Source: an uncultured Clostridia bacterium | GTDB taxonomy: Bacteria; Bacillota; Clostridia; TANB77; CAG-508 | Direction: 5' to 3' | DNA length: 64,000 nucleotides | Assembly: GCA_947631785.1 (NCBI GenBank) | Contig: CANRMR010000001.1 | Span: forward strand, 9,022-73,021 | Shown: in pieces, positions 1 through 9,775 of the stretch | Layout: each line of letters begins with the position of its first letter | Numbering within the stretch: the stretch's first letter is position 1 | The notes under the pieces: model-generated | What the model was told of the DNA's origin: nothing | What the model saw: the letters and a program-made list of their open reading frames with translations, nothing else | The model's database searches: none | Program-made: the position numbers and the translations under genes

Positions 1-363
1 AGTGTAATTTGTGTTGTAGAAGATGTAAAAGATATTATTGCAATGGAAAAAGCCCACGAATTTAAAGGTGTTTACCATGTGCTGCATGGTTCAATTTCTC
101 CAATGAACGGAATAGGACCAGATGATATTAAAATAAAAGAATTATTAAATAGATTGCAAGAAGATGTTCCAGTAAAAGAAGTAATTATTGCAACAAATCC
201 AAGAGTAGAAGGTGAAGCAACAGCAATATACCTTTCAAAATTAATTAAACCAATGGGAATTAAAGTAACTAGAATTGCACATGGAATACCAGTTGGTGGA
301 GATTTAGAATATACTGATGAAATTACATTAATGAAAGCATTAGAAGGAAGAAGAGAAATATAA
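1..363 (+). CDS. recR: Recombination protein RecR, C-terminal (Toprim) part; the 5' end lies upstream of the window
   Basis: The frame is open from position 1 ([29 protein letters not shown]...[13 protein letters not shown]...[11 protein letters not shown]), matching the RecR Toprim and C-terminal region. Confidence 0.85.
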   Translation, partial: SVICVVEDVKDIIAMEKAHEFKGVYHVLHGSISPMNGIGPDDIKIKELLNRLQEDVPVKEVIIATNPRVEGEATAIYLSKLIKPMGIKVTRIAHGIPVGGDLEYTDEITLMKALEGRREI

Positions 364-397
364 TTGTTTGTATACTATAAGAATATTCTTCGAAAAA

Positions 398-423
398 GCG
401 GGCGATTAAAATCGCCCCTACAC
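398..423. repeat. Solo GC-rich hairpin gcgggcgattaaaatcgcccctaca. It is the same motif as the subterminal hairpins of the ~260-bp elements at 12804 and 46820
   Basis: Exact motif match to 12997-13020 and 47006-47030. It sits 3' of recR, so it may act as a transcript-end or stabiliser hairpin. Confidence 0.6.
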
Positions 424-488
424 AAACTGAGGTAATGTTTTAGAATTTATTAATTTTAAAAACAGTAACAAATAAAAGTGTATATAAA

Positions 489-1616
489 TTAATTCAATAA
501 AATTTCACAAATATCTTTTGTGGAATTTTTTTTTGCAAATAGTCTTGCTCTAATTTTCATATGTCTAATTTGATTTGGATTATTAAACAAATCAGTTAAA
601 ATTTGTTCGATGTTATCTTCTTTTCTAATCCATATGGCCAATTTATTTTTTTCCAAAAATTCTGCATTTTCCTCTTCTTGACCAGGAATAGGATTTATTA
701 CAATTATAGGAAGGCCAGAAGCCAAACTTTCAGTAGTTGTAAGACCACCAGGTTTTGTAATTACCAAATCAGCTATACTCATAAGTTCTGGAACTTTATT
801 TGTAAATTCGATTATTTTAATTGTATCATGCTTTTGATAAGTGTCTACAATGTTTTGAAAATTTTTTTTCATTTTTTGGTTTTTACCAGAAATTGCAACA
901 ATTTGAATATCCATAAAATTTTTAGCAAATGCTTCTAACATTTGGTATGTATTTTTTTTACCTAGTCCAAATTCTCCGCCTGCAAAAAATAAAACGGTTT
1001 TTTTATTTTTTGACAGACCAAAAAAATCAAGAGTTTTTTGTTTATCATAATGTTCTAAAAAGCGATTAGATAAAGGAATACCAGTTGCAAAAATCTTTTC
1101 TGAATTTATATTTTTTTCTTCTAAAGCTTTTCTCATTTCATTATGAGCAACAAAAAAATAATCAATATAGTCAGACAAAACAAGCCACTGATCATGTGGT
1201 GCATAATCTGTCATAATAGTTGCAATTTTAGCATTAATTTTTTCCTTTTTTTTCAAATAAGCACACATTTGGCTAGAAAAAGGATGTGTGGATATAATTA
1301 AATCTGGATTAATTTCTTCTAATAATTTATCTAATTTAAAAGATAATAACCTATTTGAAGTATTACTAATTTTTGCAAGTGGTCCCTTTTGAGATTTAGA
1401 ATAAATTCTTCCCCACAAACGAGGTGTTTTTTTTGCTAAATCTTTATATGCTTTTGTTGTTATATTATTAATATAATGATTAATATATTCAATACAGTCT
1501 ACTAAATATGTTGTGCAACTATCTGAATAATATTTATCTATACATTCTTTAATAGAATTTGCAGCACTTAAATGTCCACCACCATATGATGCATAAAAAA
1601 TTAAAATATTTTTCAT
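489..1616 (-). CDS. ugtP: Diacylglycerol glycosyltransferase of the MGDG-synthase / UgtP family
   Basis: 375 aa. N-terminal YASYGGGHLSAANSIKE and C-terminal GT28-like ITKPGGLTTTESLASGLP motifs. Confidence 0.7.
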   Translation of the reverse strand: MKNILIFYASYGGGHLSAANSIKECIDKYYSDSCTTYLVDCIEYINHYINNITTKAYKDLAKKTPRLWGRIYSKSQKGPLAKISNTSNRLLSFKLDKLLEEINPDLIISTHPFSSQMCAYLKKKEKINAKIATIMTDYAPHDQWLVLSDYIDYFFVAHNEMRKALEEKNINSEKIFATGIPLSNRFLEHYDKQKTLDFFGLSKNKKTVLFFAGGEFGLGKKNTYQMLEAFAKNFMDIQIVAISGKNQKMKKNFQNIVDTYQKHDTIKIIEFTNKVPELMSIADLVITKPGGLTTTESLASGLPIIVINPIPGQEEENAEFLEKNKLAIWIRKEDNIEQILTDLFNNPNQIRHMKIRARLFAKKNSTKDICEILLN

Positions 1617-1735
1617 AACTTATCTCCTCTTTAAAAATATACTATCATAAAAAATAAAAAAAAGCAAAAAGAGAATAAATTCTTACAAAATAGGAAATTA
1701 ATAATATATATGACAATAGAAGGGAATGATAAAAA

Positions 1736-2206
1736 GTGAAAAAAATAAAATATTTGTTAGCAATAGTTGTTATTTTTTTTCTTTTATTTTATATATTACA
1801 AAACATTTCTAAAGAAGATATAAGTTATGCAAAAACAAGTTCAAATTCTAGTTCTGATGTACAATTAATGGCAAGAGCAATTAATGGAGAAGCAAGAGGA
1901 GAGCCGTATGAAGGACAAGTTGCAGTTGGGGCAGTTATATTAAATCGTGTAAAAAATGCAAGTTTTCCAAATACTATTGCGGGAGTTATATATCAAGCTG
2001 GTGCATTTACTGCAGTTTCAGATGGTCAAATAAATGTCCCTATTAGTAAAGGTTCTACTGTATATAAAGCAGCACAAGATGCAATGAATGGATGGGATCC
2101 AACAAATGGCGCAATTTATTATTTTAATCCAAGTACTGCAACTAGTAAATGGATTTGGTCAAGACCACTTATTAAAACAATTGGAAAACACAGATTTTGT
2201 AAGTGA
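1736..2206 (+). CDS. sleB: SleB/CwlJ-family spore cortex-lytic hydrolase (Hydrolase_2 domain) with an N-terminal signal/TM segment
   Basis: ARAINGEARGEPYEGQVAVGAVILNRV...AGVIYQAGAFTAV is the SleB/CwlJ catalytic-domain signature. GTG start. ypeB lies directly downstream, as in the Bacillus sleB-ypeB operon. Confidence 0.75.
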   Translation: MKKIKYLLAIVVIFFLLFYILQNISKEDISYAKTSSNSSSDVQLMARAINGEARGEPYEGQVAVGAVILNRVKNASFPNTIAGVIYQAGAFTAVSDGQINVPISKGSTVYKAAQDAMNGWDPTNGAIYYFNPSTATSKWIWSRPLIKTIGKHRFCK

Positions 2207-2512
2207 TTTTATTAAAAAATTAACAAAGATTTATTAAAAATTAATATTAAATTTTAATACTAATTTTCAATATAAAGCAAAGGATATATAATTTAAAAAA
2301 TTGTAAACGAGGAATCGAACGAAATTTAAGCTTATAAATTTTTCTTAGAATTTATGCGAAAATTTTCGTAAGCGACGAAGTTTATCATTATTTTTTAAAT
2401 TATATACCTTTGCATACACATACTTTTGCAATTATATATACCTTTGCACACATATATATTTTTGCAAATATAAGTGTATTACACTCAAATTTAATTTAAA
2501 GGAGAATTTAAA

Positions 2513-3907
2513 ATGGAAAGTTTAAAAGAAAAAGTTTATGATTGGAAAAACAGATTAAAAGATAGACATATGCTTAGTATAATTGTAGCACTAATTGCAA
2601 TTATTGTAGCATTAGGAATTTATGCATATAAAAAACAAACTGAATATAAACAAGTGTCAGAAAATGCATATAATATGTCATTTTATGAAGTCGTAAGTTA
2701 TGTAGATAATGTAGAAAGTTATTTAGCAAAATCATTAATATCTACAAGTCCAGAGCATGGAGCGGAAACTCTAACTTATTTATGGAGAGAAGCAAATTTA
2801 GCACAAGTATATTTAGCACAATTACCACTAAATACTGAAGGACTTTCAAATACAGCAAAATTTTTAAATCAAGTAAGTGATTACAGTTATTCTTTATCAC
2901 ACAAAAATATTTATGATGAGCCTTTAACACAAGAAGAACTAGATAATTTAAAAACTCTTCATGATTACAGTGTCGAGCTAAAAAATACTTTAAACCAATT
3001 ATCAGATGAAATTAATGAAGGAAGAATAAGTTGGGGAGAACTTACTAAAAAAGGAAATGTTGCATTTGCACAAGAAGTAAGTAACATTTCCAAAGATAGT
3101 TTTAGTAATCTAGAAGAAAATTTTCATGAATATTCTGGATTAATATATGATGGTGCTTTTTCAGAGCATATGACAAGTTCTAATCCAAAAGGATTAACAG
3201 GAGAAGACATAGATGAAGAAAAAGCAAAACAAATAGCAAGCCAGTTTATTGGGCAAGATAAAGTAGAAGAAATTACATCAAATGGTTTATCAGAAAATGG
3301 AAATATTCCAAGTTATTCTTTTTATGCTACCTTAAAAAATTCAGACAAAAATGAAAATGTAAGTATTGCAATTTCAAAAAAAGGTGGACACATAGTGTAT
3401 ATGAATTGTGATAGAGAAGTAAGTTCTGAAAACTTATCTCAGGAGCAAGCAGATGAAATAGGAAAAGTGTATTTAAATAACAAAGGTTTTGAAAATATGA
3501 AAGAAACATATTATTTAAAACAAGAAGGAATTGTTACAGTAAACTATGCCTACATGCAAGATAATGTTGTTATGTACCCAGACTTAATAAAATTAAAAAT
3601 AGCTTTAGATGATGGAGAAATATTAGGAATAGAGACAACAGGATATTTAAACTCGCATACACAAAGAAACTTGCCAGAGGTAAAAATTACAAAAGAACAA
3701 GCAAAAGAAAACTTAAATAAAAATTTAGAAATACAATCAGAAGGATTAGCCATAATTCCAACAGAATATAAAACAGAAATATTTTGTTGGGAATTTAAAG
3801 GAAAAGTAGAAGACAAAGAGTTTTTAGTATATATAAATGCAGAAAATGGAAATGAAGAAGATATATTAGTAATTGTAAATACACCAAATGGAACACTTAC
3901 AATGTAA
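2513..3907 (+). CDS. ypeB: Germination protein YpeB (PepSY-domain protein, partner of SleB)
   Basis: 464 aa. N-terminal TM segment, YpeB-like length and composition, located downstream of the sleB-like gene. Confidence 0.7.
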   Translation: MESLKEKVYDWKNRLKDRHMLSIIVALIAIIVALGIYAYKKQTEYKQVSENAYNMSFYEVVSYVDNVESYLAKSLISTSPEHGAETLTYLWREANLAQVYLAQLPLNTEGLSNTAKFLNQVSDYSYSLSHKNIYDEPLTQEELDNLKTLHDYSVELKNTLNQLSDEINEGRISWGELTKKGNVAFAQEVSNISKDSFSNLEENFHEYSGLIYDGAFSEHMTSSNPKGLTGEDIDEEKAKQIASQFIGQDKVEEITSNGLSENGNIPSYSFYATLKNSDKNENVSIAISKKGGHIVYMNCDREVSSENLSQEQADEIGKVYLNNKGFENMKETYYLKQEGIVTVNYAYMQDNVVMYPDLIKLKIALDDGEILGIETTGYLNSHTQRNLPEVKITKEQAKENLNKNLEIQSEGLAIIPTEYKTEIFCWEFKGKVEDKEFLVYINAENGNEEDILVIVNTPNGTLTM

Positions 3908-4089
3908 ACAATTATGTATAAAAAGTAACTTATAAGGATTAATATCTACATCAAAAAAAGAAAATAATTTCCAAAATAATTTAATAAAAAAAGTAAACAA
4001 TAATTAATGTGAAGAAAATAATTTTCACAAAGTTATGTTTTAAATTAAACTAGCTTAAAATTCTTTTTAAATTAGGAGGAAATTATAAA

Positions 4090-4263
4090 ATGTCTAGAAA
4101 AACAAGTATAATGTCTGAAAATTTAAAAGAAGAAATAGCAAAAGAACTTGGTGTATATGAACAAGTTAAAAAAGACGGTGGATGGCAAAACGTATCTTCA
4201 AAAACATGTGGAAACATTGTATCTAAAGCAATAGAAATTGCAAACAGAAAAGTAGAAAGTTAG
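4090..4263 (+). CDS. ssp: Small acid-soluble spore protein, alpha/beta type
   Basis: 57 aa, not in the ORF track because it is below the 60-aa cutoff. MSRKTSIMSENLKEEIAKELGVYEQV...SSKTCGNIVSKAIEIA matches the SASP EIAxELGV germination-protease-site motif and the S(R/K)xCG motif. Strong RBS aggagg. Terminator follows. Confidence 0.75.
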   Translation: MSRKTSIMSENLKEEIAKELGVYEQVKKDGGWQNVSSKTCGNIVSKAIEIANRKVES

Positions 4264-4311
4264 TGCCATTTAAGTTTTGTAAATTAAAAGGGAATTAAAT
4301 TTAAGCCCTAA

Positions 4312-4339
4312 ACGTGCAAATTTTATTGCACGTTTTTTA
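4312..4339 (+). terminator. Rho-independent terminator after the SASP gene
   Basis: acgtgcaa-attttat-tgcacgt followed by TTTTT. Confidence 0.7.
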
Positions 4340-4389
4340 ATATTTATGCTACAATAAGAATAATATATAAAAGAAAAGAGGAATAAGTA

Positions 4390-5769
4390 GTGAATGAAAT
4401 ATATGTAAAAGATATTTTGAAAATTTGCAAAGGAACTCTTATATGTGGAGATGAAAATATTATATGTGAAAACTTTTCAAAAGATACAAGAGAAATTGAA
4501 AGCGGAGATGTTTACATAGGAATAAAAGGAGAAAATTTTGATGGAAACAATTTTTATAAAGAAGCATTTGAAAAAGGTGCAAGTGTATGCGTTATAGAAA
4601 AAGAAGAGATTGAAAAGGTAGAAGGAAAAACAATTATTAAAGTAGAAAATACAATAGATGCATTGCAAAAACTAGCTACATATAAAAGAAGTCTATATAA
4701 TAATATACCAGTTATAGCAATAACAGGAAGTGTTGGTAAAACAAGCACAAAAGATATGATTGCAAATGTTGTAAATCAAAAATATAAAGTACTTAAAACT
4801 CAAGGAAACTTAAATAATCATATAGGACTTCCACTTACAATACTAAAACTAAAAGATCATAATGCAATAGTAGTAGAAATGGGAATGAATCATTTTGGAG
4901 AAATTAGAATACTAACAAACATTGTAAAACCAAATATATGTGTTATTACAAACATTGGTACATCACACATTGGAAATTTAGGCTCTAGAGAAAATATATT
5001 AAAAGCAAAACTAGAAATATTAGAAGGAATGGAAGAAAAAGGAACTATTATAATAAACAATGATAATGATCTACTAAATAAATGGGTAAAAGAAAATGAA
5101 GGAAAATATTCTAGCATAACCTTTGGAATAGATGAAAAAAGTAATATTCAGGCAAAAAACATTGAATTAGATGAAACAAAAAGTAATTTTATAATTGAAA
5201 GGGATAATAAAGAGTATAAAATAGAAGTACCAGTACAAGGAAAGCATTTTGTATACAATAGTTTAGCAGCAATTGCAGTAGGAACAAAATTAAATATTTC
5301 AATTAATGAAATACAAAAAGGAATAAAAGAATTTAGTTTAACTAAAAATAGAATGGAGATAAAAACAAATAAACAGGGAATAATTATAATAAATGATAGT
5401 TATAATGCAAGTTTTGATTCTATGAAAGCATCTTTAGAAGTTTTATCAAATTTTAATGGGAATAAAAAAATTGCAGTGTTAGGAGATATGTTTGAATTAG
5501 GTAGTTACGCAGAAAATTTGCATAGAAAAGTTGGAAAAGAAGTTGCAGATAAAAATATAGATATATTAATTACAGTAGGAAATTTATCAAAAAATATAGC
5601 AAAAGAAGCAATAGAAAACAAGATGAATAAGGAAAATGTTTATATATTTAATACTAAAGAAGAAGCAATATGCTGCATAGAAAAAATTGCTAAAAAGGAA
5701 GATGTAGTTTTAGTAAAAGCATCTAACGGAATGAAATTTAATAAAATTGTAGAAAAATTATTAAATTGA
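4390..5769 (+). CDS. murF: UDP-N-acetylmuramoyl-tripeptide--D-alanyl-D-alanine ligase
   Basis: 459 aa. VIAITGSVGKTSTKDM P-loop and Mur-ligase architecture. Confidence 0.85.
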   Translation: MNEIYVKDILKICKGTLICGDENIICENFSKDTREIESGDVYIGIKGENFDGNNFYKEAFEKGASVCVIEKEEIEKVEGKTIIKVENTIDALQKLATYKRSLYNNIPVIAITGSVGKTSTKDMIANVVNQKYKVLKTQGNLNNHIGLPLTILKLKDHNAIVVEMGMNHFGEIRILTNIVKPNICVITNIGTSHIGNLGSRENILKAKLEILEGMEEKGTIIINNDNDLLNKWVKENEGKYSSITFGIDEKSNIQAKNIELDETKSNFIIERDNKEYKIEVPVQGKHFVYNSLAAIAVGTKLNISINEIQKGIKEFSLTKNRMEIKTNKQGIIIINDSYNASFDSMKASLEVLSNFNGNKKIAVLGDMFELGSYAENLHRKVGKEVADKNIDILITVGNLSKNIAKEAIENKMNKENVYIFNTKEEAICCIEKIAKKEDVVLVKASNGMKFNKIVEKLLN

Positions 5770-5830
5770 CTTGAATAAACATTAAATGCTTGATATAATA
5801 GGTTCAGCTAAAATAGGTGGAGGGTGGAAA

Positions 5831-6742
5831 ATGATATTTAAGGATTATTATAAAATACTAGGCCTTAACACCAATAAAGTTTTGCAAGAACAAATTAAAT
5901 CGGCCTATAGAGAACAAGCGAAAAAATACCATCCAGATGTAAATGTTGGTAGCAAAATAGCAGAAGATAGATTTAAAGATATTAATGAAGCCTATAGAGT
6001 TTTATCAAACTCAGCTAGTAAAAGAAAATATGATAGAATGTGGAATACACACATTGGAAATAAGAAAAAGGCAAAATATGAAGAAAGTAAAAGGACAAAA
6101 GGAGCAATGTTTAGTGATTTCTTCCAAATGTTCTTTGGCAATTTAAAAGAAGATGATATAAATAATAAGTCTTTAGAAAATAGAAAAACAAAAGCTGAAA
6201 AAGGAGAAGATGTAGAAACAGAAATTACAGTTTCATTAGAAGAAGCATTTTTTGGTACAAATAAAAAAATCGCATTAAGAACTGTAGAAGGAAACATGAA
6301 AAGCTTTTCAGTAAAAATACCTGCTGGAATCAGGCAAAACGAAAAAATAAGATTAATAGGTCAAGGAAAACAAGGAAAACATGGTGGAAAAAATGGAGAT
6401 TTATTTATAAAAATCAATTTAAAAAATGAAGAAAAGTTTAAGTTAAAAGGTTATGACCTATATACAGATTTACTACTTACACCATGGGAAGCAGCACTAG
6501 GGACAAAAACAAAAATTGGAGGAATAGATGAAGAAATAGCAGTTATTGTACCAAAAGGTATTCAAACTGGACAAGAAGTAAGAATGAAAAATAAAGGATA
6601 TAAAAATCAAAAAGGCGAAAGAGGAGATTTAGTCGCATGTGTTAAAGTAATGGTTCCGCAAGAACTAACTGACTTTGAAAAGAAATTATTTTTAGAGCTT
6701 AGTCAAAAATCTAATTTTAATCCAAGAAAGATTATAAATTAA
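5831..6742 (+). CDS. J-domain co-chaperone, CbpA/DnaJ-like, lacking a Zn-finger
   Basis: YYKILGL...YHPDVN J-domain with HPD, plus a DnaJ C-terminal-like domain. Start chosen at ATG 5831, which follows the RBS ggtggagggtgg. Confidence 0.7.
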   Translation: MIFKDYYKILGLNTNKVLQEQIKSAYREQAKKYHPDVNVGSKIAEDRFKDINEAYRVLSNSASKRKYDRMWNTHIGNKKKAKYEESKRTKGAMFSDFFQMFFGNLKEDDINNKSLENRKTKAEKGEDVETEITVSLEEAFFGTNKKIALRTVEGNMKSFSVKIPAGIRQNEKIRLIGQGKQGKHGGKNGDLFIKINLKNEEKFKLKGYDLYTDLLLTPWEAALGTKTKIGGIDEEIAVIVPKGIQTGQEVRMKNKGYKNQKGERGDLVACVKVMVPQELTDFEKKLFLELSQKSNFNPRKIIN

Positions 6743-6842
6743 CATAAAGCCATTGACAAAAGTATAATAAATAATGTATAATTATGTATAGTGATTAAAC
6801 AAAAGAAAAACTATGCATAATAAAAAGAAAGAGGTGCATAAA

Positions 6843-7367
6843 ATGGAAAGGTGGCAAGGTAAACATTTTAGCATAACCGATCCAAAAGATGTAAACACAG
6901 TAATTTATCAAATTAATAAAACTGAAAAAGAATACTTAAAAGATTCTCCAAAGTATACAGTAGAAAGATTAGATTATACTGAAGAACTAAGAGGAGAAAA
7001 CAAGAAAAAAACATTCTTTGTTGATAATCCCTCAATAGATGGGGATCAATTAGTAATTCTTTCTTTTGGAAAAGAAAAAGTTGTTGTAAATATGGCTTTG
7101 CTTGACCAAGATAAGATAACAATATCAAAAAAGCCAGTACCACTTAAATTTGAATCGCTATATTCAGAAGAGGAAGTAGAGTATAAAGACTTTATTTATA
7201 CACCAAATTTAAAAAGACCGATATCTATTATTGATCCAGAAACAACAGAAGAAGTAAAACCAGTTGTTTATTTTGATGAAGATACCAATGAAATAAAAGG
7301 AAAGTGTAAATTAAAACCATATAAATCTTATTTCGCATTTGAAATAAGAGATAAAAAAGATGATTAG
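6843..7367 (+). CDS. Hypothetical protein
   Basis: Intact ORF with RBS aagaaagaggtg and start MERWQGKHF. No recognisable motif. Confidence 0.45.
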   Translation: MERWQGKHFSITDPKDVNTVIYQINKTEKEYLKDSPKYTVERLDYTEELRGENKKKTFFVDNPSIDGDQLVILSFGKEKVVVNMALLDQDKITISKKPVPLKFESLYSEEEVEYKDFIYTPNLKRPISIIDPETTEEVKPVVYFDEDTNEIKGKCKLKPYKSYFAFEIRDKKDD

Positions 7368-7381
7368 GGAGGAAAGAATTG

Positions 7382-7681
7382 ATGGCTACAAATGTAGGTA
7401 AATCAAAGACAAAAGAAAAGGTAGGACCAGCATCAGTAACTGTTAGTTTTGGTGGAGATAAAGAATTAAAAATAGGAAGTTTTTCAATCATAGATAATGG
7501 AAAAATTTCAGAAAATCCATTAGAAATAGGTACATTAGAAGCAAACGATTGTGTTATAAATGATAAAGGTGAATGTTACAGAGAGTATAATGGAAAAAAA
7601 GTAAAGGTTAGTCCTAATAAAATAGAAGATTTTAAAAATATTGCAAAGATAAGAAAACAAAAAGAAGATAAAGATAGATAA
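7382..7681 (+). CDS. Hypothetical protein
   Basis: 99-aa ORF with RBS gggagg and ATG 7382. Confidence 0.4.
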   Translation: MATNVGKSKTKEKVGPASVTVSFGGDKELKIGSFSIIDNGKISENPLEIGTLEANDCVINDKGECYREYNGKKVKVSPNKIEDFKNIAKIRKQKEDKDR

Positions 7682-7704
7682 AACTAAAGAGAAGGTGAAC
7701 ACAT

Positions 7705-9679
7705 ATGAACTACAAAGTACAAGGCGCAGTAAAAAAAGTAAGAAAATATTTAATAATATATTTAATACTATGGATAGTGTTAAATATATTATTAGTTATG
7801 CCCGTTTCCTATAGCTATATTAATGCATGTGGAAGCGGCAAATTTGATTTAAACATATTTTTTGAAACAATATTTAATAATATTATGCCTTTTACAACAT
7901 TTGGAAAAACATTTAGTGGTGCATATTTTGGAAACTATATAAAATTAACTATAGGGTTTACCTTAGTATATACAATTTTTATAGTAATAGGTATGATAAA
8001 ATTAGCACCTAAAAATCAATATTCAGATATTGAACATGGTTCAAGTGATTGGTCAGAACATGGAGAACAATATAGAATATTAAGCCCTAAAAGTGGTATT
8101 ATTTTAGCAGAAAAAAATTATTTGCCATTAGATAAAATGGGAAACGTAAATGTTCTAATTGTTGGACGGATCTGGTGCTGGTAAATCTTCAGCTTACTCT
8201 ATTCCAAATGCATACCAATGCTTAGGGTCATATGTATTTACAGATCCAAAAGGTGAACTATATGATAGAACAGCAGGATATTTAAAATCAAAAGGATATG
8301 ATATTAAAGTTTTAAATTTAGTACAACCACAATATAGTGATGGGTATAATCCATTAATGCATATTACAAGTGAACTAGATGTAGATGTTATTGCAAATAC
8401 AATTGTAAAAGGACAAAAAACAGAAAGCAGTTCAGACCCATATTGGGATGATATGGCAGAAATGCTTTTAAAAGCATTAATATATTACTTAATTGCAACA
8501 CGCCCAGAGGAAGAACAAAACTTAGCAAGTTGTGCAGAACTTGTAAGAGCAGCAAACACTAATGGAGGAAGTAACCTTTTAACAGAATTAATAAATCAGC
8601 TTCCTTATGATCATCCAGCTAGAATGTATTATAAATCTATAGAAATTGCACCAGAAAAAACATATGGAAGTATCTTAAGTTCACTTCAATCAAAACTTGG
8701 AAAATTTGATTCTAAAGAAATTGCAGAACTTACATCAACAGATACAATAGATTTTGATGCAATAGGAAGCAAAAAAACAGCAGTATATGTTATTTCATCT
8801 GATACACATACAGCATATGATTTTTTGCTTACAATATTCTTCTCTCAAATGATACAGCAATTATATAACTATGCAGATAATAGGGGAGGAAAATTACCAG
8901 TGCAAACATTCTTTATTCTAGATGAGTTTGCAAACATTGGTAAAATACCAGATTTCGATAAAAAAATATCAACAAGTAGAAGTAGAAAGATATCATTTAG
9001 TGTTATATTACAAAATTTAGACCAATTAGAAGCGGTTTATGAAAAATCATATGAAACAATAATAGGTAACTGTGATACACATGTATTTTTAGGAAGTAAC
9101 TCACAAAAAACTGTAGAATATTTTTCAAAAGCATTAGGAGAAAAAACAATAGGAAGAGATAATATATCAATAAATAGAGATAAGCAAAATCATAAACAAG
9201 GAAAAAGCATTTCAGATCAAATAATGGCAAGAGCTTTAATGACACCTGATGAATTAAGAAGATTTGATAATGACATGTGCATTATTTTTGAAAAAGGAAT
9301 AAGACCAGTAAAAGCACCTAAATTTTATTATTTTAAACATGCAATGGTAAGAGAACTTAAAGCTACTGAAATAAACCATAATAGTATAGGAGAAATTGAA
9401 AGAGGTACATGGAGAAAATATAATCCATACAATCCATATCAAGAAGATAAACAAGAAGAAGTAAAAGACTTAAAAGTAGAATCATTGGATGATTTATTTG
9501 ATGATGTTCCAGAAAAAGAAAATAAACAAAATGAAAAAGAAGCTCCAGTATTACCACAAGATAACTTTCTTGAAATGGAAGAAGAATATACAAAAACAGA
9601 AGAACATGAAGAAATAGATTTGCAAAAAGAATTAGAGGCAAAATTTGATGAACTATTTGGTCCTATAGACGAAGATTAG
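7705..9679 (+). CDS. TraG/TraD/VirD4-family type IV secretion coupling ATPase. It needs a +1 frameshift at the CGG codon 8167-8169 (extra C at 8167)
   Basis: Two N-terminal TM helices, then NVLIVG | GSGAGKS Walker A split across frames 1 and 2. Walker B FILDEFANIGKIP (TraG-D_C-like). Acidic C-terminal tail. Deleting C8167 restores VGGSGAGKS. Confidence 0.7.
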
Positions 9680-9734
9680 AATATAAACAAATGTTCAAAA
9701 AATATTGAAAAAAAAAATAAAATATGATATAAAA

Positions 9735-9764
9735 AGATAAGCAAAAAATGCTTATCTTTTTTTT
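9735..9764 (+). terminator. Rho-independent terminator
   Basis: agataagc-aaaaaa-tgcttatct followed by TTTTTTTT. Confidence 0.7.
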
Positions 9765-9775
9765 AGGAGGTAAAG

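Noticed and set aside
5786-5830. Upstream extension of the J-domain gene (MLDIIGSAKIGGGWK...)
   Set aside because: The extension overlaps the RBS ggtggagggtgg that serves ATG 5831. The J-domain starts right after 5831
7705-9679. VirD4-like gene as the marker of a complete ICE in this window
   Set aside because: No relaxase, integrase, VirB4 or other T4SS genes are within tens of kb. The flanking genes are housekeeping
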